A DNA stretch of 64,000 nt from Schizochytrium sp. TIO01 (lineage: Eukaryota; Protista; Bigyra: Labyrinthulomycetes). Below the pieces are notes generated by a model. The model was not told where the DNA came from and made no database searches. It saw only the letters and a list, made by a program, of their open reading frames with translations. Positions 1 to 10,604 of this stretch are shown piece after piece (the stretch's first letter is position 1; the number at the start of each line of letters is the position of its first letter). A program made the translations under genes and the position numbers. The DNA lies in contig SMSO01000014.1 of assembly GCA_004764695.1 (NCBI GenBank), positions 4,660,845 through 4,724,844 on the forward strand, read 5' to 3'.

Positions 1-483
1 ATGTCCAAGGATTTTGGTTTGAGTGGGCATCGAATGGGCTTCATTTATTCCGAAAATGATGCGCTTATTAGTGCCATGTCCAACCACAACATGTTCCAGT
101 GCGTGTCTGGACTTGCCCAAGCAGTCTTGTACGAAATGATTAGCGATCTCGATTTTGTCCGTACATACACTGAAGAGAGCAATCGCCGTCTTCGCAAGGC
201 ATGTGATGCTGTGCAAACGAAGCTGACAAGTATGGGAATTCCCTTTTACCGGCCCACAGCAACCCTTTTCTTCATGATGGATCTTCGCAAGTACCTAGCG
301 AGCCCTACTTGGGAGGCTGAGCGAGCGCTCTTTGATCTTTTCGCGCAGCACAAGATCCTTCTCACCCCGGGACGTGACTGTCATTTTCCCGAACCTGGTT
401 ACTTTCGTATGTGTTTCGCTGCCGCCTCAGAGCAAGCTATGAGCCTTCTTCTCGACCGCCTTGCCACTGCCCTCGAGCAGTAA
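1..483 (+). CDS. ACC-synthase-like PLP-dependent enzyme (aminotransferase class I/II), C-terminal part; gene begins left of the window
   Basis: Contains the PLP-lysine motif SKDFGLSGHRMG and the C-terminal box EPGYFRMCFA. About 64% identical by my manual alignment (103/160) to the C-terminus of 2304..3944. The ATG at position 1 is an internal Met. Confidence 0.9.
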   Translation: MSKDFGLSGHRMGFIYSENDALISAMSNHNMFQCVSGLAQAVLYEMISDLDFVRTYTEESNRRLRKACDAVQTKLTSMGIPFYRPTATLFFMMDLRKYLASPTWEAERALFDLFAQHKILLTPGRDCHFPEPGYFRMCFAAASEQAMSLLLDRLATALEQ

Positions 484-1768
484 AGCTTCGCCAGCGCAGC
501 ATTGCGCTAGATTGTACAGTCTAGTTTTGATGTTGGCACATAATTTTTCATTGTGTTTCTATCGCGTCATCACTTCAACCTTAGCAAAGGTAACAGTAGT
601 ACAAAAGAAATAAACACATGTCGAGTTACATTTATTATAGCTTTGTCTAATTTACAAATGTTTGTCGCTGCAAAATTCTGCAAAATCTTGACGCTCCAGC
701 ATCGGAGCCAAATAGCGTCGAGTATGTTCGCCACAATTCCGGCCATACACTGTATCTCTCTTCAATTTGCACTGGTCGGCCCAATGGTCCAAGGACAAGT
801 CACAGAATCAGCTTGCCCATATTCATCAAATTTGCGCCTCAAGAAAGTGGCGTGCCCCGAATCTAAAAGCCCTACTAGTAGTTTACTCTTGCCTTCAATC
901 GTATGCATAAACGCTGCCAAGCTTACATGTAATTCCCGCTTCTCATTCCGCATGCCTTCCCATCTTTTATCCTGCTGGACTAATGCCTAATATTCTTCCT
1001 CTCGCGCAAGCGGACAAGATATCCCGAGGTGTGGGACTTCTTCAATCTTGTGCCTAGGATGACAATTGCTATTTACAACGCACAGAACCCGGAGCGAAGC
1101 AAGATTTTCACATGCCAACCTATGATGTTCTGGCACTGCCCTGAGTGTGTATTTGCCAACCCAAGTAAGAGGTCTGACAGGGTTGCTTTGGATATTCATT
1201 CACAAACTCATCGTCATCTCATGACCACGATCTTTTGTGGTTCTTCTTGAAGGTTGTTGAAACCGACAACAGAGGAGACAACAGACGTGCCGGGCGTTCT
1301 CTATAGATCTCCGTCGCGTGCTCCTCCTATCCCAAACTCGCACCAGTCAGTAGCACCTGTTCTTTTCTCCCTCCTACGCAGGGACGTAGCCACTGCTACC
1401 TCTGCTCGATTGAATATGAGGTTTCCCCGAGCGAGGAACAGCGAAAGGCACTTCGGGTAAACCCAATCCCAAAAACCGAGGTGAAGATGAGGACTGAGAG
1501 GACACCGGTGGCAGCGCAGAGGAGGATTGCATTACAATGCATTGCATTGCATTGGATTGCACTGGCTTCGAAAGCTTCTGTATTCCCTTCTCTGAAGCTC
1601 CACGCGTCAGTTTCTCAGCAGATTGGCGATATCAGCGCTTGGGTCCATACTTTGCGTTCTTTATTCATATTATTCCAAAAGAAAGAAGAAAGAAAGAATA
1701 AAAGCCGTAGAGTCATCCTATGAAAAAGTCCATCAATCGATCGATCAATGAATTTTTAACAGAAGTAG

Positions 1769-2202
1769 GTACGTCAATGAAAAGAAAAGAAAAGAAAAGA
1801 AAAGAAAGAACTCTTGAGGAGCAAGATACAGAAGAAGTCAAAGCTGTGATTCAATGTCCGTCATCTCAAAAGCACTCGTCACGCGGACCATCTTCTTCGT
1901 TTGCACGAACCCTCCTGAAGGCAGAAGGTTTGTACACAAACGCCAAAAAGGACGCCAGAGATTGAGGGCTTAGGTTCCACTCGAGCAATTCGTTCGTAGG
2001 TTTGATGCCTGCGAGGAGACGAACAGGCACGAAGAAGGATGGGAAGGAAGAGGAGCATCCTTACCTAGCTTTCAGTGTTTAGGTTAGGAGGCAACCTCAT
2101 AGATAACTTCTTCGTCATGTTTTGTAGAAGTAAGCAATGAATGCTAAAAACTTAAAAAAAAAAATCCTAATGCACGCATGTAAAATCATTTTCATGTCGC
2201 AG
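1769..2202 (+). other. Putative 5'-UTR intron of the second ACC-synthase-like gene
   Basis: Donor AG|GTACGT at 1769, branch-like CCTAAT at 2166-2171, acceptor TCGCAG at 2202 (tandem CAGCAG, alternative 2205), about 100 nt before the ATG. The donor choice is uncertain. Confidence 0.4.
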
Positions 2203-2303
2203 CAGACCGGAATTGGACCAAACCCGAAACTACTTGCACAACTAAGTGACCAAGACTGTTGGAACACGACGCAGAGAACCGAGGTTTGTTCTAATACTAA
2301 ACT

Positions 2304-3944
2304 ATGTTTGCTCTCGGCTGCTGCTGCGGAGACTCGCAGTCTTCAGATGGCGATGATGCGCAATATGTGAGACTTGCTCAGGAGATGTCTCGCGGACAGC
2401 CGGATCTGCGAGGCAAGTCTGAATGCCCGTGTTGTGGAAGCAAGCTTGCTCAGGCCAAAACTGTGAGCTCAGAATCTAATTCTATGCGGCAGCCTCTACT
2501 CAAGGTTCAGGCTTACGAGCAACCACATGAATTGCCAATGGCCGCACCTGCTCCAGTTTATCAGCAGCAGCAACACGCAAAGTCATGGAATTCTCCGATG
2601 CCTAAGAAGACCTCCAGCGACATGGCACCTGCAATCAGCCAACGTGGCCAAGACGCCACTGTACCTGCGATCTCTTACCTCCCGGAGGTAATGGCCGCTA
2701 TGACCGACATGTACGACCCGGAGACCAACCCTGATGGCTGGATCATTGCCGCCGCAGCAGAGAATAAGCTTGTATACGAAGACGTCATGGCGCCCAAGTT
2801 GTGCGCCGCTCACGCCAAGCTTAGTGAGAACTTGGAGCATGAGAAGTTCTCGCCCTACTATGGTGATATGCGAGGAATGCCGAATGTACGTGAAGCTGTG
2901 GCCGGTCTTATGGAGACCATTGTCGTTAAGACCAAGAAGCTCGACCCTGATTGCATTTGTATTACCCCTGGCGTGACAAGTGCTGTAGATATGATGGCCT
3001 ATGTCCTGGCAAACCCTGGCGAGGGCGTTCTGGTCCCTGCGCCTTACTATCCGGCTTTTGACAACGATCTCAGCCGTCGCAGCCACCTTGTCCCTTGCAA
3101 AGCTTACATGGAGCGCGTTTCCATTGAGAAGGCCGATGATGTTCCTGGAATCCCAGAGGCGTTCCGCATCACCGAAGCTTGTCTTGAAAGGGGCCTTGCA
3201 GATGCCAAGGCGAAGGGTATTACGGTGAAGATATTTCTGCTTACCAACCCGGAAAACCCGCTTGGTTTTGCTCATACCAAGGAAGAGCTTGAGACAGTAA
3301 TTGCCTTTGTGCGCAAGCACAAGCTCCACCTCCTCAGCGATGAAATTTACGCTGGCGATTGCCATAGTGCATTGCCGGGTGATGCGACACACATTAGTGT
3401 TTTGGATTTGACTGAGGGCCCCGATGTTCATGTTCTTTACGGCATGTCTAAGGACTTTGGTCTCAGTGGCCACCGTCTTGGTTTCATCTATTCTGAGAAC
3501 AAGAACGTTGTGGCTGCTGTTTCCAGCCTCAACGGTTTCTCCTGTGTGTCCGGCCCAGCCCAGGCAATTCTTTACGAGCTTGTGAGTGATCTTGACTTTG
3601 TGCGCTCCTACACTGCTGAGAGTAATAAGCGCCTTAACAAGGCCTGCACTGCTGTTCAAAAGAAGCTTGCGTCAATGAACATTCCGTTCTTTCGTCCTAC
3701 GTCTTCTCTCTTCTTTGTCATGGACCTGCGCGCCTTTTTGCCTGAAGCCAGCTGGGACGGTGAACAAGACCTCTTCGAGGCTTTTGCCAAGAAGAAGATT
3801 ATTGTCACCCCTGGAAAGTCAGCGCATTTCACCGAGCCTGGATACTTTCGTATCTGCTATGCCGCTGCTTCTGAGGCTGCTATGGCAATTTTGCTCGATC
3901 GCATGTCTGTGGCACTTGGTGAGACCCAGCAGCGTCTCCGCTAA
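2304..3944 (+). CDS. ACC-synthase-like protein (ACS/ACCS family, PLP fold type I), 546 aa, with Cys-rich N-terminal extension
   Basis: ACS boxes are recognisable: AAAENKL, YGDMRG, PAPYYPAFDNDL, LTNPENPLG, LSDEIY, YGMSKDFGLSGHRLG, EPGYFRICYA. Confidence 0.92.
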   Translation: MFALGCCCGDSQSSDGDDAQYVRLAQEMSRGQPDLRGKSECPCCGSKLAQAKTVSSESNSMRQPLLKVQAYEQPHELPMAAPAPVYQQQQHAKSWNSPMPKKTSSDMAPAISQRGQDATVPAISYLPEVMAAMTDMYDPETNPDGWIIAAAAENKLVYEDVMAPKLCAAHAKLSENLEHEKFSPYYGDMRGMPNVREAVAGLMETIVVKTKKLDPDCICITPGVTSAVDMMAYVLANPGEGVLVPAPYYPAFDNDLSRRSHLVPCKAYMERVSIEKADDVPGIPEAFRITEACLERGLADAKAKGITVKIFLLTNPENPLGFAHTKEELETVIAFVRKHKLHLLSDEIYAGDCHSALPGDATHISVLDLTEGPDVHVLYGMSKDFGLSGHRLGFIYSENKNVVAAVSSLNGFSCVSGPAQAILYELVSDLDFVRSYTAESNKRLNKACTAVQKKLASMNIPFFRPTSSLFFVMDLRAFLPEASWDGEQDLFEAFAKKKIIVTPGKSAHFTEPGYFRICYAAASEAAMAILLDRMSVALGETQQRLR

Positions 3945-6824
3945 AGAGACCGCATTTGTTTTGCGTCAGCCGCTTGTTTATGTTTCTCCCATCCACACTG
4001 TTTCATACAGATCCTAGATTTACCTAAATTTAGGACATTTTCCAACTTTGGTTATGGCGAGTGTCTAAAGTAAAACCATCTTCATGTCCTTCGAAAGTTT
4101 TAAGTATCCTCTTTCGTTACGTTACCGCGTGTTGCACGAGGTATGGAATAGCTGAAAAAGTCCCAGATTTCATTTTACTTTTGTTGAAGTGCTCTCTGCC
4201 GGCCTGAGGTACTGTGTTCGTTGAAGGCAGTCATTGAAGAGGGTGGTGATATGTAGGACTGTCATCAATGGAGCTTCCTTGGTTTATAAGATTTCTTAAA
4301 CCTTCGAGATAAATGTGTTTTGTTTACTTTTCTTTCCGAAATTTCGAGAAAACGAAGTTTGTGTCATTGTGTAAGCACAGTTTTGCTTCGATTGATGAAG
4401 AGAGTTGTAAATTTTAGTTCAAGGATGGATAGGCTATGCTGCAACGCACATAAAGTTGATAATTAAACGTGACACTTTGCATATATTTGAAAAAGAAAAA
4501 GGAGAAGAAAAAAGAGTCCTCAACGTTCCTAGCTTGATCACAGCCCTATTCACCTAAACGTAAGTATCTAGTTCTTGGGAGGCAATGTGTATGATAGGGG
4601 AAGATAAAACAATAGTTATTTGTCTTTTTCGTAATTGCGAATCCGATTGTAAAATTCATCCCACGTTCCTACACACCATCAGATGATTGCATTCTTTCCG
4701 AGTAAACTTTTCAATTTCCATCTTTTCCTTTCACGACTTTAGGTTAGATCTTCCAAGACTACCAGGTTGAGCTTTTTGTCCTCGCCCTATGTAGTCTCGT
4801 ATCCTTTGAAATTAAAAAAGGTCTCGCAGAGGTGTCTTCTACCGTACATACAAGTCTTCTTCTTCCTAACTAGAATTGCACAAATCTCTAAAAATTTGCA
4901 CACTTAGGGAGGGCGGCCTAGACAAGCAAAGCAATTCATCGCATTTTCTGTCGGTACGATAAATCTGGCGCTCAAATAATGCCCAGGATTCTGTTGTCCC
5001 TGATTATGTTAGACCTCGAAATGAATCGATGATTTGCTTTCGAAAAACCTCAAGTCTGAGTCGTAAGGAACCTCGTGCCTAGCCCACCAAAAATGAGGAT
5101 GGAAAGGGGGAACTTAATTTGTAGTGGACGTGAACAAGCTGATCTTCAAATGCTCAAAGAAGTAGGAATGCACACCATTGAGACTTGTAAAACGTGGCGT
5201 TTTGATGAACTTCAATCCGTCTGACCGAACCAGAAAAGACCACGTCAGTGTGGGCGAGGGAATGCTTTATTTTGGCGAGCGAAACTTCCGAGTGATTGAT
5301 TGGCGCTGTCACTGACGCAGTAAGCGTCGTACAATGCTGCTTGGCTATTTCGGTGGCTCATATTCTTTTAATGGAGGAAGTGCAACAGTAGCTAGTATAC
5401 AGATTGAGATATCATGCTTGCACAACTTTCGTAGCAGAAAACGGTGTTGAACTATTCGTCTGATCAAACTGCATCTGCGGTTCTTTAGAATGAGTCTAGA
5501 CGACTAGTTGAAGTTGAGTTGAATGATGAGCAGACAGCCCCTTGCTCGCGTTTTTATTTATGGCTCCGACATCACAGGAGTCTTTCTTAGGTTGGACCTA
5601 CATGCACTCTCCCCTTGATGTAAAAGAGCAGCATCAGGACAACATAAATGTGCACACAAGAATTGTGCACAAAACTTGTTAGATACCTTGGTAGCAATTT
5701 GGTGGTACTCCTTCAAGTTCGTTAGTCTCCTCAGACAAATGTGCGTGCTACAACCTGCCTGAGGCCCGAGAACCATGTGTTATGGCAACTCGAACTAGTG
5801 TGTTTTCGCATTCACTAACTTGGATCCGAGGCTGAATTTGATGCACAACCTTTCATTTCTTCATTTTTGTTTTTGCACACAATTTCACCCTTCCTTATTT
5901 TTCAAACAAAAAAATTGTAACAACGAAAGAAAAAAACTAAAAAAGCTTATTAAAACTTCTCCTGGTTCATATGGCCAGATGGCTTTTCTGTTGATGTCAC
6001 AATCTCGAATCTCGCTGCAAGCAGTTTCCTGATACGAGCTAAACCCATTGCCGCTCTCGCCCAAATTTTCTTAGTAGTAGAAGGGATGGTAACAGTGGTC
6101 GTCTTCCAGTGAGCTCCTTAGCAAGCTTGAACTTGAAAAACAAACGACACGCACACGATCAGCTCTGATTTCATGGAAAGCCTTGTTCTTTATTGCTCCA
6201 CACTTCGCAAGTCTCACTTCTACAGTATCTAATAGCTGGAGGGCTACCACCAGGGCCTACCAAATCCGCACTGAGCAGAGAACAAAAAGCAACCTAAAAA
6301 GAAAGGGAAGCAAGAAAGAAAACTTTCTGGTCGGTTCTCACTGCTTACTTTAACTGCTTAGTTTAATACCCAGCAACACCTTGGCAGTAGCAGGTTGTGA
6401 TCTGCTGCGTTGAGACGGCATTTGAGCTATCCATGATATCTTTTGAGCATCTTCTACAGAGGCATGCTTCTCCCCGCCCTCCAAATAAGAGTTATACTTT
6501 AGTAAGACTTCTGTTTGGCCAGTCATCAATACAATTTTTATTCATTATTTTAATTTAATTTAAATTTATATTTTAGTTTAATTTTAATTTATACTTTAAT
6601 GAACAATAAGAGATTTTCCGATGTACCATTACAAAATGTATGATCATGAAATACCTCTACATACGGAACTGCTCGGATGAACTTCAATGGCGACGTGGCG
6701 GCCTCTGTGGAGGGATACTTGAGCCGCCTCTCTGGATTCCAGTTCAATCACCCTCCAGTGAATGGCTAGTTCGCCATTGGTCGCTCGATCGCTTCTTACA
6801 TTTTGCTCAATCGACCAGGTTAAT

Positions 6825-6827
<3 letters not shown>

Positions 6828-6866
<39 letters not shown>
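6828..6866. repeat. (GA)n microsatellite
   Basis: Direct reading. Confidence 0.95.
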
Positions 6867-6871
<5 letters not shown>

Positions 6872-9685
6872 TCGTCGCAGCCACCTCTGCATATGAAGGT
6901 CATCAAAAGCTGAAGCCGAGCTCATAAGTTATTCCAAACGCCAAAGACAAGTCGATTCTATTCTCAGACTGTAAAAATTCCTTGATTGCATTTGCCAGTG
7001 CTGCTTGGTTTTTATGCCGAGTCATCATGGTGGAAGGCACGCGCGAAAGAATTTGTAGATAAATTGGCACAAGAAATTTACAACATCGATGTAGTTTCTT
7101 CGCACGGTGGAGCCCCTTCAATGGCTCAGCTGATCTAACTGAGTCTAGACGGATATTTTCCCACTTGTACGCAAGAAATGAAAATATCACAGTCCGAAAA
7201 GTCGGCAAGCCAGCAAGTTTCTAAATTGAAATTCTCTAAGCTTGGCAAGCTCAATTACCGATACTGAGGAAGCTTTTGCAATCTAGCGAGGAGTAAAACC
7301 AACGATAACATCTCCCGTCCTCATACAAGAGATTCTCGAAAGAGAATCGCGACACCCTAAATGAAGTCATCGTTTTTCCTAAATAAGATATGCTACACAG
7401 GCCCGTACTTGAAGAATTCGCCCGCATTCGAGCCAGTTGGGCGCAATAAATCTGGCAGCAGTTAGTCAGTATTAGGTACCACTCTTTCAGCAGCCAGACA
7501 TTCGCCAGCCGAACTTGTTAGGCAAGACCACCTCTGATGAAGTTGAAACGGATCGGTCACGTGGCTTCTTCTGGTATTACTACAGCCACCATTCACTCTT
7601 CGTGATCTTCCCTTTTTAACACATATCTTTGTCAAAGCTCTTCTTGAGCGAAGCTCGCTTTATTGGTTGGCCTATTGGCTTACTGATTCATGGCTATCAA
7701 AGGGGGGGCAACAACATCAGGTTTACAGGAAAGAACCTGATCTTTGGCATGCTCAATGATTGGGTTGGCATTTTGAGAGAGAAAAGAAACTCCAAGGTTT
7801 CGCCTGCATACCAGAGAAAGCAAAGTCCAGCTGAGATTGTGTCTCAATCGAGCGGCAACTCCGGCTCAAACCTAAGCCACGCACCCTCCGGTCTCACAAA
7901 ATCTGGAGTAAGTCACACCTCAATCTCTCGTTGAGACGGCTTTGCAGAGATAACTGCAATCAATAGCGCCTTTTAATCAATTTACTTACGCTCAGGCTCC
8001 TTTGCTTTATAGTCTGAACCATATCTTGCCAACATTTCTTCAGCTAACCTTAAATTCATTCATCGCTCATTTTCACGTGCCGAGTTTCGTTAGACGAAAT
8101 TGAGCACTTCGCTAAAAAGTTGTTTGCATTTTTGCATTTTTAGCTTTTTTATTCTACTACTTACCCTTTTTAATGTGGAGAAAGCGCATAGGAAAATGAA
8201 GCAAAGCGAATCATCAAAGTGTTGACCAGAGAGTGGAAGTAGTATGTACACGACCCTATGGATGATCTTCAAGCCCACAATACGTCCATTATGACTCAGG
8301 CAAGCTTCTTCAACCCTTCGCCATGGTTGCCCATTCACTGTTTAGCATTAAACGTGCAATGCTATCAAGTTTAGGATCAAACTTCTTGAAAGTGCTTCCT
8401 TTTAAGGTTATCTATAGTACCTCTTGGCAGGAAAGAATTTCACGTGCACACCCGCATCCCAATTTTAAAATTGAAGACTTCAAAGCTAGCACCTAGGTAG
8501 ACGAACGTGACGCTCGCAGTTTGACCCGACAGACACCCGTGCGTTAGGAAAGGGCCTCAACTTGGCAGATATTTCTATTCATTCATTCATTTTCATTCTT
8601 GAAATCATTACTTGTAGGACCTCCCTGCTTGAAACATTACTTTTTTTATCAGGTATACTATTTCGATATAATGTAATTATATTAATTAAATAATATTAAT
8701 ATTATGACAGATCTCTAATGATTAGGTTAAGAGGTCTTGCCCTCATCAATTTAAAAAAAAAATAAACATTCCTAACTAATAGTAATTAATAGCCCACTAG
8801 ACAGAAAAGTAGATCGAAACAAGAAATAAAAAATTGTAAAAGGAAGATCCTTTCTGGAAAGAAGGCTGAAAAAACAGACCAAAAAGAAACCAGCATAGAG
8901 GAACAGGAAGGCGTACAAACCTACTTAACCTTAACCCTAATAGATACTTTCACTTTTGACAGGTTTATGATTTACTTCTACTGTTTATAATAAGATAGCT
9001 CCTACTGAAGAGCCCAGCAGCGCGACAACGACGGAATTGCCTGAGTCACTAAGTGTATCTACTCTAAACTAACCCAAATCGGGCGAAAGATCGTCGAAGA
9101 GAGTTTCACTTGCTGTGCGCAATAGGCTGTTTGATGCGCTATATACTTCACTTAAATATTCAAATTAAAGTGGGTTATACGTCGCCACAAATAGCCTATA
9201 GCCAGGCCGTCAGTCTGCGTAAGAGATGTGGTGAAAAGCGCTTAGTTATGTTATGTTTTAAAAGGGGCTAAAGACTATTGTAAATTAAATAAGATCAAAT
9301 AAATGTTAATACTTTTTTGTTAGAAAGTGCACATCCAAAAGAAAACTAAGTCATTCATTTATTCATTCATTCATTCATTCATTCAATCAATCCTTTCGAG
9401 GACCCGCCTGTCGAAAACCCAGGCTCAAAGACCAATAAGAATTGAGGTCAATTGGATCGCCGGCCAGGAGAGCGCCGGCCCGACTTATATGCTGCCTCCA
9501 CGGCAGGCTCCATTTGTTTATTTATTTATTCATTCATTCATTCATTCACTGATTTATTGATTTATTCTTATTTCTAGTACCGATCTGAAAGAAGAAGACT
9601 TCAGAGCTCTTTACTTACTTTAGGAAAGAAGAGGGTAATGAAAGCATTTCATAAAATACAGGTATGGGTAGACAGACTATCCATC

Positions 9686-9872
9686 CTTCACACGTGTGAA
9701 GTGCTCACTCCTTCAGCACCTCAACATCCGCAACAGCAGCTTTGCTGTGAGAGCAACTAACGTGAAGCTTCATCGCAAAGTCCGGATAGATAGATAGATC
9801 GATCGATCGATAGATATCTTCAAAAGCCCTGAGGCGCTCCCTCGAATAGCACGTGCTGCTGAGAAGCACGTG
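9686..9872. promoter_or_regulatory. Cluster of three G-boxes (CACGTG at 9691, 9850, 9867) upstream of the bHLH gene
   Basis: The first lies in the perfect 16-bp palindrome CTTCACACGTGTGAAG (9686-9701). The other two are both AGCACGTG, 17 bp apart. Function is inferred. Confidence 0.45.
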
Positions 9873-10300
9873 TTTCTTTGCAATTTACAGGTGCCAGCAA
9901 AGAAGACATCCTGATCCCTCGAATGCACGCGAAACGCCGCCGGAAAGGAAAAGAAGATAGCTGATCAGCTGCAGACGAACCTGAGCAAGAGCAGCTGCCG
10001 ACAAGCCTGGTGACCGAGATCGCGAGACGACTTGCGCGGCGGAGAAAGAAACACAGCGATAGAGACAACTGCAAACACTCCAAAACTTACATATCCATCG
10101 GTCAGACAGACAGACAGACAGACTGACGATCGATCGATCAATAGATAGATAGATACCTGCTCACTACGGGGGATAGTTTAGCAAACGAAACGAAAGGGCT
10201 TCTTATTCATGATTCACTCTCGCGCCCTTTGTTCGACGTGTAACTTGAACGATGCGTGGGTCATCATAAATAAATAACTACCTTGAGCTCGAAGGAAATA

Positions 10301-10430
10301 AATGAACGAACGAACGAATGAATGAATGAATGAATGAATGAATGAATGAATGAATGAATGAATGAATGAATGAATGAATGAATTATAAATAAATTTATAA
10401 ATGAATGAATAAATGAATAAATGAATAAAT
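10301..10430. repeat. (GAAC)n/(GAAT)n/(AAAT)n compound microsatellite
   Basis: Direct reading. Confidence 0.95.
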
Positions 10431-10604
10431 AAGTTTATGAATAACTAAGAGACGAATAATAAGTAAGTAGCTACACGCAGTAGTAGGAAACTAACTATAT
10501 GAAGAGTGAGTCAATATCGCACTTGGCTTGCACGCGCTGCACTCGCTGGCGAAGGGAGCGCAGACCAGACCCCGATATCGATAGGGCACGGACGTCGTCG
10601 CGCG

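Noticed and set aside
2583-3659. 358-aa antisense ORF in the ACC-synthase-like gene
   Set aside because: Antisense shadow of a biased CDS.
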